DNA from: Octopus vulgaris
Lineage: Eukaryota
Assembly (NCBI GenBank): GCA_951406725.2
Contig: OX597815.1
Span: 93,930,001-93,994,000, forward strand
DNA length: 64,000 nt
Reading direction: 5' to 3'
In this document: in pieces, positions 37,711 through 49,560 of the stretch
Position numbering within the stretch: position 1 is the stretch's first letter
How the letters are laid out: each line of letters starts with the position of its first letter
The notes under the pieces: model-generated
What the model saw: only the letters and a program-made list of their open reading frames with translations
Databases searched by the model: none
What the model was told of the DNA's origin: nothing
Program-made: the position numbers and the translations under genes

Positions 37711-38929
37711 CTAATTAGCTAGATTGTACTTCTAATAAAAAAGACCTTCAGTTGACTGAACATGCAAATACTTAATAGTGAAACTGAGAAAAGAATGTAC
37801 TAGGAATAAGAGAAAAAACTAGAACTTGGAAATGAAATAAGACCCTAAACATGGGTTGATAGAAGCTTTCCTTCAACTGCACAGCACATACATCACTATT
37901 GATTCTTAATACAGTTTATTGGCCAGCTATAAACAGTAACCAAATCACACACAGTCATCTTAAAATCAGGATACATTAGCTAATATATTGTACTGGATGT
38001 TGATGAGACAATCATAGTTGGAATTACTTTAATCAGATAGATTGATTAGTGTTGACTTGGGCCTAAATACCTACTGGAACAGTGCTTATCTCCACTTCCT
38101 ATCTATAACATTAAGCAACTAAGAGAAATCTCTCGGGATAATTCCTACAGAAACCTATACATCAATTATAATGCTATTGCTGCCCATTTACAATAGTGAT
38201 TTATATCTACTTTCAAGCTTGGTATACTGGTAGCATACAACATCAATGACAGGATGAGAACAGCCAACATCTTGACTGTCTTATAATTCATAAATTAGCT
38301 ATCTGATAGGGAATTATTATGTCTATATTATGATATTGATCATAGTACTACAAGAGAAAAGAAATGAATATACATTCCTGCTTAAGAAGTGTGTAACAGT
38401 GTAGTAGTAGCACCATAGGGATTCATTACATATAATAGTTTATGTTACCAGGTTTCAGTTTTGCCCATAAATCCACAATTTATGACATGATTTAATATGT
38501 TTTAATAGCAGACAGCTGTTTCTCAGAAACCACGCAGATGAAAATTCTATAAAAAAAAAATGAAATTACATGTCTTCTCTTTTTTACTTCTGTTGTATGC
38601 TGAAAAAAATGGTCAAGATATTAATCTCAGACCAGACTGAAACACGAGATGGACTTGTAGATCACTGTGTAATTTGCTGTATCACTATTGTAGGTCTGAC
38701 TGAACAATGAAAACAGGAGCTAAACAATAGTAAGTCTTGATGAGAGAGTCAACCTGAAGCCACATAAAATGTTTTAACTTCTAAACCGTTTGGCCATACT
38801 GCACCTATTATTTTATGTTACATCATCATTAATTTACAATCATCTTTCCATCAAAATCTAAAGCCTTTATTTCTAAAGCTGAGTGCTCAACTGAGTTTCT
38901 ATTAGCAGGTGAAGTCTACTCCCTTCACT

Positions 38930-39052
38930 TCATCATCATCATCATTTAATGTCCGTTCTCCATGCTAGCATGGGTTGGACGGTTCGACCAGGAATCTGGG
39001 AAGCCAGAAGGCTGCACCAGGCTCCGGTCTTATCTGGCAAAGTTTCTACAAC
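38930..39052 (-). mobile_element. Young RTE tail copy
   Basis: Nearly identical to 24586-24713. Confidence 0.85.
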
Positions 39053-40299
39053 TTATAGTTGCTAAACTTTTGAAAGTGACATGAACATTACAATATCCCA
39101 TTACTTATCTGTAAATCTCAGACTTTGCAATTAATCAAAAGAAACTGATATTAGAACTGGAAGTCCCCTTTAATACTTCTTAATTTGAGGCAATGGAATG
39201 TTGACTGAAATATAATAATACTTCTAATGACAAGAGGAAAACTTGGCGTTTCACAGTCATAATAATTCTTCACAAAGATCCACATTACTAAAGCTTAAAT
39301 GAACATCAAATGATAATGAGTCCAATCCATGCCAGCATGGAAAATGGACATTAAATGATGATGATAATCATATTTCTAATAGGTTTTTTTTTAAAGATTA
39401 TTCTAGTTTCTGCACAAATCAACTGTATTATCAACTTGAGTCACATGTAAAATGTTAGTCAAATTCTAATTTCATACACCATCAAACACTGACTAAATTA
39501 TTGGTTTCATGCCATATGTAAAAAAAAAGCAACCAAAAAACTCACAATGCTGGTAAAATATTTCCTGTAATTTTGAAAGGCAAATCTGTCTAATATACTC
39601 TATATATTTGTGCTGATACATTTTACATTCACCAAGATCCCTCAAGACTCATCCTCCACAGTGGAAGTGTTAATGTCACTCCTCCTGATGAAGAGGACTA
39701 GCCTGCAAGAGCCCTGTGCTGATGCCATGTTAAAAGCACCCAGCATACACTGTAAAGTGGTTGGCATTAGGATGGGAATCTAGTGCAGCTCCGGTCAAAA
39801 GCCCAACCCATGCCAGCATGGGTTGGACGTTAAAGGATGAGGAAAAGTTAATTAGAAATGATTTTTCGTCTTCATCTATGCAAAATCCAGTTTTTGAGCA
39901 CTATATTTTCGTAGAATGTTTGATATTGGGGGGTGGGGGGTATCTCGAATTTTAACAGTCAATTTTCATTGACAGTGTTGGGGATAAACTATAGAATGAA
40001 CTATTCAGAATACTGTATAAATGTAAAAACAAAATTAAGATGGTGGGAAATATACTTCAAACATTTCGTATTAATAGGAGAGAAAAGCCCACTTGAGTAT
40101 TTTAGTGTAATAATATTGAATATGATTAATTATTAAAGAGAAAAAGCCTGCATCAAAGGGAGATAAATAGTGCAACTCTTTATCTCCCTTTATTGCGTAA
40201 ATTTTTTTCACTGCCAAATAGAAACGGCAAAGCAATCCAACATAGAAAATGTCTAATAGGTCCAACTTTTTCACAACCAATGATATCTTTTACTTAAAT

Positions 40300-41684
40300 G
40301 AATTTTCTCGCGGACATCTGCACTACAACTTTTGTGAACACCAAGTTGATAAATGGTTCAATGCAGTCGTATAGACCTGTTGCCTTAAATAAGGCAAGAC
40401 TGAATGAGTCAATCGGAATCAATTTGGGACTTTAAAACAGCATTAGCATTGTATAAAAACTAACTGCTGAAAGGTACAGAAAAAAGGCACAAATCGCCAG
40501 TGACTATCTAGATAGCATTCCAGTATTAACAGCAGATAAGGATGCTGACAAGATTTATAATGTGGATGAAACACCTGTATATGTTGATATAGACTTTGTT
40601 GGCAGTAAAAATGTAGCTGCTAGCCACTGTGGTGCTATAAAAGTTCGTTTTACTGTATTGTGTGTTAATGCTGCAGAAAAGATGTTGAAAACAATGATTA
40701 TCCTTAAAGGATTGAAAAACGTGCCTAAAATAAAGTTCCCAAAGAATATTTACTTAGCAGTCTCCAACAGGGGATCAATCACATATGAACTCATGCAGCC
40801 GTGGGCTGACAAAGTGTTTGGGCAGAGAACAGCACAAGTATTCTATGCTCAGTGCACAAGAAAACAGAGCTCCTAGAAGTGTTCAAATGTAGGAATACAA
40901 TTCTTAAACTTATACCTCCTAAAACTACATCTTACTTGCAGCTGTTAGACGTATCAATTATTGGTCCTTTCAAGCTCTTCATGCTGAATTGGTTGAAATG
41001 GTTTTCAAATGGCAAAAAGGAGTATACAAATAAAGGATATCGTAAAAAACCTTATCAAGAGATAGTGAACTTTGTAACCCAAGCTGTTTAAAGAAACTAT
41101 AAAGCGTGTTTTTGAATGTTGTGGAATTGCTCCTCATGGACAGACTGTAGAACTCTTAAACTCATGCTTATAGGACGTTTTGTCTGGCCCCTTAGTAAAT
41201 GCACCAGATGCGCATAATGACAAAATTGAAGAAGGTGAGATAGAAGTGAAATTAGCTCTGATGTGAATTATGGCTAAGCAACAAATGAAGAAATTCATGA
41301 CATTTAACTTGAAACTATTCGGTTATTATTTAACCATAAATGCCAAAGGACATTATTTGTTCATACGAGGCTTCTAGTCATGTTTTCAACAGTTTAATTT
41401 TCAATATTTCCTAATAGATCCATTGTTAACTTCAGAATACTTTTTAATATTCTATTTCTTTTAAGGCTGTTTCAGTTTGTCTATATATCTGCTAACTGAA
41501 ACGATAGAAGTTCAATGGAATTGTAAAAATAAATAAGTTTTTTTTGAGAATATCTTAGATTTTCCTAAGTGAAATATTTTACTTCCATATTACTGCCCAT
41601 GGGTGCTTATTTAAGCCAAAAAATAGTTTTGTAAAATAGAATTTTCCATTTAACAGCCTTGGGTAGATTTTCGGAAAACCACGG
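40300..41684 (+). mobile_element. Decayed pogo/Tigger-like DNA transposon (DDE_1 transposase)
   Basis: IYNVDETPV, RFTVLCVNA, IPPKTTSYLQLLDVSIIGPFK; right end ...AAAACCACGG|TA; left TIR not located. Confidence 0.75.
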
Positions 41685-41754
41685 TAGCTCTATAATTGTG
41701 GAGTGGCTTGTTAGTTCATATCATTGTGTACAAATGGATGGTATTAAAACAGCT

Positions 41755-41820
41755 GAGAGAGAGAGAGAAAGAGAGGGAGGGAGGGAGAGAGAGAGGGAGG
41801 GAGAGAGAGAGAGAGGGGAG
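41755..41820. repeat. (GA)n purine tract
   Basis: Direct reading. Confidence 0.9.
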
Positions 41821-41865
41821 GGGTGCAGATATACATACTGGGCTGGTGTGAATAAGATATACTAG

Positions 41866-42010
41866 AGGCATGGCTGTGTGGTTAAGAAGTTTGCATTGCA
41901 ACCACATAATTCCAGATTTGAATCTACTGCATAGCGCCTTGAGTGTCTTCTATCAAAGCCTTGGATTGACTTGGGAGTGGAATTTGGTAGACAGCAGGCC
42001 ATTGTGCATA
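41866..42010 (+). mobile_element. SINE family 1 head
   Basis: GGCATGGCTGTGTGGTTAAGAAG...AATTTGGTAGAC. Confidence 0.75.
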
Positions 42011-42665
42011 TATAGCTAACATTGTTTTTATGTCTGCTTATTCCATGCTGGTGTAGTTTAGACAAGACTTCTTGTAGGTAATATTCTATAACTGAATGCT
42101 CTTCCTGTTACTAACCTTTACCTGTTTTTCAAGTAAGATGTTATTCCATTGGTCTCCTGTGTTGAAACAACTGAGTTACAAGATGTATTGTCAATGGAAA
42201 ATGTAACCATATCACCATTGTCCAAATGGTGTCAATGTAAAGACGTGCATGCATGTAAATATAGAGTTTATACATTATATGGAGACTCCCGTACAGTTTC
42301 CACCTGACAAATACAGTCACAAAATACTAGTCAGCCCAAGGCCTTGCTCAATAGTAGCATGCAGTGTAATGGAACCTGAACCATGTTGTGAACTCTGCAA
42401 TCACACAGCCGTGCGCGCGCGCGTGCGCTAGATAAGACTTGTGAAACACATGCTAGCTGAAAATGGACAGATAATGATAGAATGGATGAAATCATGCTGG
42501 CCTTTTACCAATGTACATTACTGAAGACTATAAATATTGGGTAAACTACAAAAAACTAGCACCTTTCAAATAAATTTTGTTGTGATAGTTGCTCTGTTGG
42601 AAAATGGTTTCCCAATTGCAATATAAAATTTAAAAGAAAAATAAACAGTTTTTAAGCAGAATTTA

Positions 42666-42909
42666 CCCTTTAAACATCAAAATGGTATGGGAGTCCTCTA
42701 CAGACACACACAAGGCAGTAGGATAATTAACGGAAATTACAAATCAACTGGTCAGATCTGGCCTCTCACACCAACCCTACATTATTATTCTAAAAATTAA
42801 GTTGCTTCATAGAAACTCTCAAAGTTACAAAATAATGCATGAGTAATTCAAAACAATGTGAATAAATAAGCATTACTTTTGTTGACAGAATTATGTGAAT
42901 GCTAAAGGG
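42666..42909. mobile_element. piggyBac-type MITE
   Basis: CCCTTTA...GCTAAAGGG|TTAA; body shared with 45626-45829. Confidence 0.65.
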
Positions 42910-43279
42910 TTAAGAATCTAACAGACTAATCTGTAAATGGAATTAAAAGCGAAACTATAATGCATACAAGCCAATGAGAGAGTTTCTTCACAGTCACTTA
43001 ACCTATTAGAAACAGAAGCCAAATCTCAAACCAGACTACCATCTTAAAAAAAAAAAAAAAGAAGCCATATTTGATGTTATAAATTTAGTTCTACTGTCTG
43101 AATACACCCTTGACCTAAGCAGGAATATCATAAAACTGAGTGTTTTCTTGACTACATGCATTTAACTTTATTTGAACCAAACCACTATGGCTCTGGCCTT
43201 ACTGGAGTAATACTTAAGTTTAAACAATATTTATGAAAAGAAAAGAAAATACCAATAAATAAAATGTGATATGTGAATT

Positions 43280-43285
43280 TTTATT
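43280..43285 (-). terminator. Candidate WDR77 polyadenylation signal AATAAA
   Basis: AATAAA on minus strand ~430 nt after the stop, followed by a U-rich tract (43235-43260). Confidence 0.45.
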
Positions 43286-43714
43286 TCCCAGCTCCATATT
43301 TTGTTATAGAAAGAAGCAAAATCTGGAGTATTCACACAAACCAACATTGAGAGGCAGTATAATATTACACTTTTCTTTTATATAACCAAGAGGTATTAAA
43401 ACTGAAATGGAAATATAAAATGTGCAGGTTAATAGAGGAAATAAAAAGACAGAGACATGTTTATCCCAAGTTTATCAGTTTTCATAAACGTAATAAGCCG
43501 AGGACTGGATCTGTGCTCATTGGTACTAGGTTGATTTACATAAATGGGAAGGGAAAAGATTTGTGTCCCCTTTCATTGATGTGTAGAGATCGTTAGTAAT
43601 GAGACCAGCTAATACTTATGAGCTAGTAGTTCTGTCTGTTAATAACTGCCGAACTCTATTGTTCTGTCTTCTTTGATTATCTTCTCTTACACTGTGTGCT
43701 CCATAGATTTTGTT

Positions 43715-43967
43715 CTAATTAGCTTCAATGGCACTTGGAGCTAAAACAGAGATTTTTTCTTCACAACATTCAGTTTTCTCAAACCGTTCAGTTTTCAATT
43801 GATTATTTCCATTCACTTCTACTTTCAGAGTACTAATCTGCTGTAATTCCTTTAGTTTACTAAGATCATGAGTTAATACCAGTGAATCCCAACCGCATGT
43901 ATAAATTTCTGTACCGCAACTCCAAGACAGACCTTGCACAAAATCTTGATGTGAAGTATTTTTGAAG
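43715..43967 (-). CDS. WDR77: WDR77/MEP50 terminal coding exon
   Basis: TTTTATTTCAG| acceptor; IFKNTSHQDFVQGLSWS..IYTCGWDSLVLTH matches the MEP50 C-terminal WD repeat (H.DFV...W ... GWD); stop TAG at 43717-43715. Confidence 0.9.
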
Positions 43968-45467
43968 CTGAAATAAAAAAATTTATTATTAATATTTAAT
44001 AAAACTATTTGAAGACTTTTTTTTCATCTTTTTACATTTTCATCATCAAAATCCTTTCAGAAAACTGCTGGAAGCAATGTAAATTACTTTTCCTTTTAAG
44101 TTATTTGGCATATCACCAACGTTTTAATGAACAACCATATAAATAGGTACCACAGAATGTATGAAAATATTTCAGACCACATAGTAATGTCTGTTCCCAA
44201 CAATAACATTGAGCTACAAACCAAAACATTTATCATTGCTAACCAGAAACTTAATCATTATCATTTTACATTTGCTTACCTTGCTAGTTGCAGGTTGGTT
44301 GTTTTAATAGGAAACAAGGGGTTAGAAAGTAGCAAGTCTTGCTCCAGTGTTATAGTTTCAGCATGATTTCTACAGCTGGATACCCTTTTTAAGGGTAACC
44401 ACTTTACAGAGGGTACTAGATGCTTATGTGGCCCCAACACTAATGAAGTTACCATGTAACTTGCAAGACTAGAGAAACCTTTCAATTATGCAGGAAGATA
44501 GGATGCTTTAAGCAAGGTGGTGAAAGATAAAGTATGAGGGGAGCAGAGAGGATTCATAATTACCTAATATTTTACTTGGGTGGGGGGGTTCAAACAGGTA
44601 AATACACTAATGAGGGACTGGAATGCTAAACTACAAATAATAATTAAATTTGTCAATAGTTCAGCAAGCTTTTTCCAATTAGTTTTAATCTATTATAAGT
44701 ATTCTGATAATTTTTTTTTTATCAGTTACTTGCCAAGGAATGTTGATGTTTTTGAACTTTTGCAAGGTGTCCAAAACTGGCATGAAGATACGAAAAGAAG
44801 AAACTATGACTGATGGATTGTTGTAGCTCAGGAAAGGATCAAAATATTTGATTAGAGACATGGTCCTAATGCTTGCAACAAAGTACACCCTACTAAAGGC
44901 ACCATGGGCAGTGATGGTAGTGTGTTAAACCAGGTAGATTAGGTTTACCATAGAGAAAACTGTAACTGTGCTGTCACATAGTTTTAGTTTTCACTTGTAA
45001 AGCTTGAATTGACAACATGCTATGGTAACAAACACTTGCTTCAGTTACTACAGAGTGGGACTCAAGATTGTGAAGCAAACTTTTTAAGTAAACAACTTTA
45101 GAAGGTTATAATATGGAGAATCACTGCCTTCTTTGACGAGATGAGAGATGAAATATCTGGCCACACTGCAAGAAGATAAAAATCAAACATCTCCATTCCT
45201 TGTTGTAACATCAAGACCTTATTGCAGATTACCACAATCACCTCCTCAAAATCTCTTCCTCTCTCAAGTTAGGGTACAGAAAGTGAATTATTTAAGTGAA
45301 TACTTAACATTATGTGAATACCATGAATCACAAGTTCAATTGTGTGTGAGGATCACCTCAGAAAATAAGATCAATAAAGGCAACAGAAAGAACTAACAGC
45401 AACCTGTACAATCCCACTATTTGAAGCATAAGGATCCAGACTGACTGACCACACACACATTACACAG

Positions 45468-45612
45468 GCATAGGCTGTGTGGTTAAGAATGTTGCTTTGC
45501 AACCATATAGTCCTGGTTTTAATCCTATGCATGGCATCATGGGCAAGTGTTTTCTCTCATAACTCTAAATTGACCAATGCTTTGAAAGCAAAATTTGGTA
45601 GAATGAAACTGT
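45468..45612 (+). mobile_element. SINE family 1 head (intronic)
   Basis: GGCTGTGTGGTTAAGAATG...GGGCAAGTGT...AATTTGGTAGA. Confidence 0.75.
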
Positions 45613-45625
45613 CTGCCTTGTCTAA

Positions 45626-45829
45626 CCCTTTAGTATTTACACTGGCCAAAATATTCTTATTTTTATGTTCAAACTGGTGAGATCAGGTCTCTTACGCTTA
45701 ATTAACAGTCCAATTCTAAGAATAACCAATCACATCATTGAAATATTGAACAAGATAATGCAGGATTAATTCAAAACAATGTGAACAGATAAACATTACA
45801 TTTGACAGAATAATCCAAATGTTAAAGGG
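45626..45829. mobile_element. piggyBac-type MITE
   Basis: TIR CCCTTTAGTATTT / CCCTTTAACATTT; flanks CTAA and TTAA. Confidence 0.75.
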
Positions 45830-46809
45830 TTAAGTCAACTGAGAGTAAACAAAAACCAGTTCATTTGAACAGAAGTACCTTGCAATATTTATACCTAACC
45901 GAGTTATCTCCTTTTACATCAATTTCTATTTTGCATCTCTCTGTCATCCCTCAAGCCACATTATTGTAACTATCATTGATAAAACTTTTGATTCTATACT
46001 CTGCTACCTATTTCCAGGAAATACTCAACACCTGAAAAAACACAAAATGCTAGCTCTCAAGCTACTTGTGGGGCTAACACACCTAGACTCTGCAATTTCT
46101 TTTAGAGTACCACAAAGATCTGTTTTCATAACCATTCTTTTTAATTAGTACTTACACAATTTTCTCAAACAGTCTCAAAACATGCACACAGCCTTATGGA
46201 ATCTGTAACATTCTCTCATTTTCTCACCACTCCTTGTAAACATCTACCCAACTTCTCCATTCCTACATCAACCACTAAGAAATTTGACTCCAAGACAAAA
46301 GAGTATTAGTAGCACCAGCCAAAAGCATTACCTATTTTATCAACATCACCAGAACCTAAAATACAACCAATTTAACAGCATAAAACATACCACACATACA
46401 GAAGAGAAAATACAAAGAGTTCCATATAACATCTTAGCAACATTTATGGTAGTCTGTAATAAAGAAAACAAAAATGACAAACATGCTCAGAACACTCAGG
46501 CACCATATTCTGTCAATACACCACAACAAATAAGAAAGAATATAAGATGGTGCACTTCATATCACCACAAGCTCCATACAGAACAAAAATGCTAAGAATG
46601 AAAGACGACTTGGACACGTGAAGGAAAATACAATCTCAAGAGCCCCTGCCACTACACACACAATCACCTCCAAACACAACCACAAACACGTTTTGTTTGT
46701 TAGATGAGTATATTACTGAGGCATTGTTTTTACAACCTGACACCTTTACTGTCACTAACCTTTTTTCAAGGTAAGGGATACCTTATTTTACATGTTTTCA
46801 AATGTGTGA

Positions 46810-47070
46810 AGTCAATGGTCAATGTGTTGGCATAAGTGACAATAACACTGCTTGCAGCTGGCAACTTTTGTAGTGTGTAACTGTGTGAACAAACACAGGC
46901 TCAAATAGGCACACACATAAGGGCTTATTTCAGTTTTTGTGTACCAAATTCTCCCCAAAAGGTTTGGTTGGCCTAGGGCTAGAGTAGAAGACACTTGCCC
47001 AAAGTGCCATGAAGTGGAACTGAACTTAAAACCATGTGGTTGGGAATAAGCTTCTTAACAGCATGCACCC
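46810..47070 (-). mobile_element. SINE family 1 (intronic)
   Basis: AGAAGACACTTGCCCAAAGTGCC...AACCATGTGGTTGGGAA is the reverse complement of the SINE head. Confidence 0.75.
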
Positions 47071-47988
47071 CTCCTCCACAATATGACTGATACATTCCAA
47101 GAATATTCTCTCTTTCACTCAGCTCAGACATTTCTATATGCACATGTTCATTGTTGAATGAACACATATATATAGAAATAGCATCCATTAGAGTCCAAAC
47201 CCTATCGGGACTTTTGTAGATTACAGACTAGGCTGTCAGTACATAATCATTTCCAAGGATGACTAATTGGACATTCTTTTGTGATTTGAAGATGGAAAGG
47301 ATTAGCAAACATCGTCCTGGTGATCACCTAGCTGTACACTAAATTCTTCAATGAATTTACTACCAATACTGATCTAATTTACAGTGACTTTATGACAGTG
47401 TGAATAGCTCCCAAGAACCATTCATTCACAGTGAGTAGCCTACAGAAAAGTCTATCAATTACATCTTATCCAATCCTATCCTAGCATGTACTGACTACTG
47501 ACTTCTCTATATATCTTTCAGTTACTTTCAAAGAACAGACTGACTTCACCAGGATTTTTTTTCCTTAAGTCACAGCTTCAGTAAATGACATGATAGTAAT
47601 TTACTGCTACACACTGCACTACACTTAAATACTCAGCATCAATTTATTAAATAAGTTATTAACCGTAGAAGTAAATGAGTCACATTTTATCTCTATCCTC
47701 TTGAAAATTCTGAAGTAATCCAAGGAGATTAATGGAAATTTTTTTTTTTTAAATAGTAATACAGATTTACTGTTGGAGGATAGGTGGATGTGTGTGTTAG
47801 TGTATAGTTGACATTAAACATAGAAAACCAGATTTACACTATACTGACAATGAAAAGTGTCACTGCTGCATATAAATATAATCTGCTAAGAATAATAATT
47901 TACAAATCCTCATTGAAAAGATTATCCTCAAATGGAATAGACCTTCAGGCTAATCACAACCAGGATTGTTGTCTCGTATTATACTTAC

Positions 47989-48066
47989 ATCTGACAAATG
48001 GAATTTTCAGCAACATAACCAACAACTAGACTGCAATCTTCTGATATAGAAGCAATTATGTTAGAG
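47989..48066 (-). CDS. WDR77: WDR77/MEP50 coding exon (78 nt, phase 2-2)
   Basis: TTTTCCAG| ... |GTAAGT; NSNIIASISEDCSLVV matches MEP50 LAS.SEDCSL.V. Confidence 0.92.
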
Positions 48067-48464
48067 CTGGAAAAGAAAAGTAAAATATTAGGTTTGGAAA
48101 AATGAAATTTACTCTCTCTCTTTTTCTCATACACAACATACAAATATACACACCATTTTCTTCAATCCCAACCCCAATAATAATGTTACCAATGTGAACA
48201 AACAGCAGGTAGCAATGTCTTCTACTCCTGAAGGGTTGATGTTGGTTCTAAGAACTAAAGGTGTTATAGGGTAGTTCAAATTTGTGCTGCAGGCCAGCAA
48301 ACCATCTTAAAATAGAAACACTTCTAGGGCTACCTTAATTTTAAATATGTGCCATTTGTAGGAGTAGCTCCACAAGGAGCTGAGTCTATAAACTAGAAAG
48401 CCATGCAGACAAAGACAGAAACTGGCATTTATTATTACAGATAGGACAGTAGATTTGTTTATTG

Positions 48465-48836
48465 TTTGTTTCAGTCATTAGACTGCAGTCATACTAGGGC
48501 ACTGCCTAGAAGAATTTTTAGTCCATTGTATCAACCCCAGTACTTATTTTTATAGCCTGTACTTATTTTATCAGTCACTTTTGCTGAACTGCTAAGTTAT
48601 GGGGGCGTAAAGACACCAATACTGGTTGTCAAACAGTGGGGAACAAGCACAGCCACAAACGCACACACACATATACGTGCCAGGTTTCTTTCAGTTTCCA
48701 TCTACCAAATCCACAGACAAGGCTTTCATTGTCCCAAGGCTATAGCAGAAGACATTTGCTCAAGGTGCCATGTAGTGGGACTGAACCCCAAAACATGTGG
48801 CTGGGAAGCCAGCTTCTTACCACACAGTCAGGGCTG
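48465..48836 (-). mobile_element. Near full-length SINE family 1
   Basis: Head at 48836-48680, CA-rich linker, body ending ...TGCAGTCTAATGACTGAAAC. Confidence 0.85.
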
Positions 48837-48891
48837 TGTCTGTTTGTTTATGTTTTTTTTTAAAAAAAAAAGTACTATGGCTGATACTTAC

Positions 48892-49078
48892 TTTTGAGGT
48901 GAAAACTGCAATCTATGTACTGGTCGGAAATGAGGTTTATATGAAGAAACTGGCATGTCTTGTAGTTTACGAACATCTTTAACTATGATACGACCATCCT
49001 CATCTCCCACAGCAACTTTATGTTTCTCACCTGGTTGCCATGCACATGCTGTAGGGTTTGAAGACAGTGGGTATTTAT
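48892..49078 (-). CDS. WDR77: WDR77/MEP50 coding exon (187 nt, phase 1-2)
   Basis: TTCTGTTTCAG| ... |GTAAGT; PTACAWQP..VAVGDEDGRI..H.RPVHRLQFSP matches MEP50 PT..AW.P...GDE.G...H...V..L.FSP. Confidence 0.92.
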
Positions 49079-49334
49079 CTGAAACAGAAGAAATATCATT
49101 CAATGTTTATTTACAATCATAGATTCAGAGAAAGAGAGAAGCATTCAGCAAAGCTAAATTTACAAACATAGCAGGGAAGAAAATATCACTGTTCGCTTCC
49201 CAGCTGTGTTTGGGAATTCAGTCTGCTGCAAGTTTCTCACTTTCTTTAAATTTGTTTCTGTTGTTTAACCTGAGGTCAGAATTAACTGAGCACACTGTTG
49301 ATCAAAAGCATTTCAATCTTGGCCATTCTGTCTT

Positions 49335-49560
49335 ATCATCATCATCATCATTTAATGTCTGTTTGCCATGCTGGCATGTGTTGGACAGTTTGACAAGAGC
49401 TGGCAAGCTGGAGAGCTGCACCAGGCTCCTTTTGTCTGTTTTGACATGGATACCCTTCTTAATATCAACCACTTTACAGAGTATACTGGGTGATTTTTAT
49501 GTGGCACCAATACCAACAAGGTCACCAGGTAACTTGCAAGACAAAAAAATCTTAGTTGAG
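49335..49560 (-). mobile_element. RTE tail copy
   Basis: (CAT)n TTAATGTCTG..CCATGCTGGCATG...GGGTGATTTTTATGTGGCACC. Confidence 0.75.
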
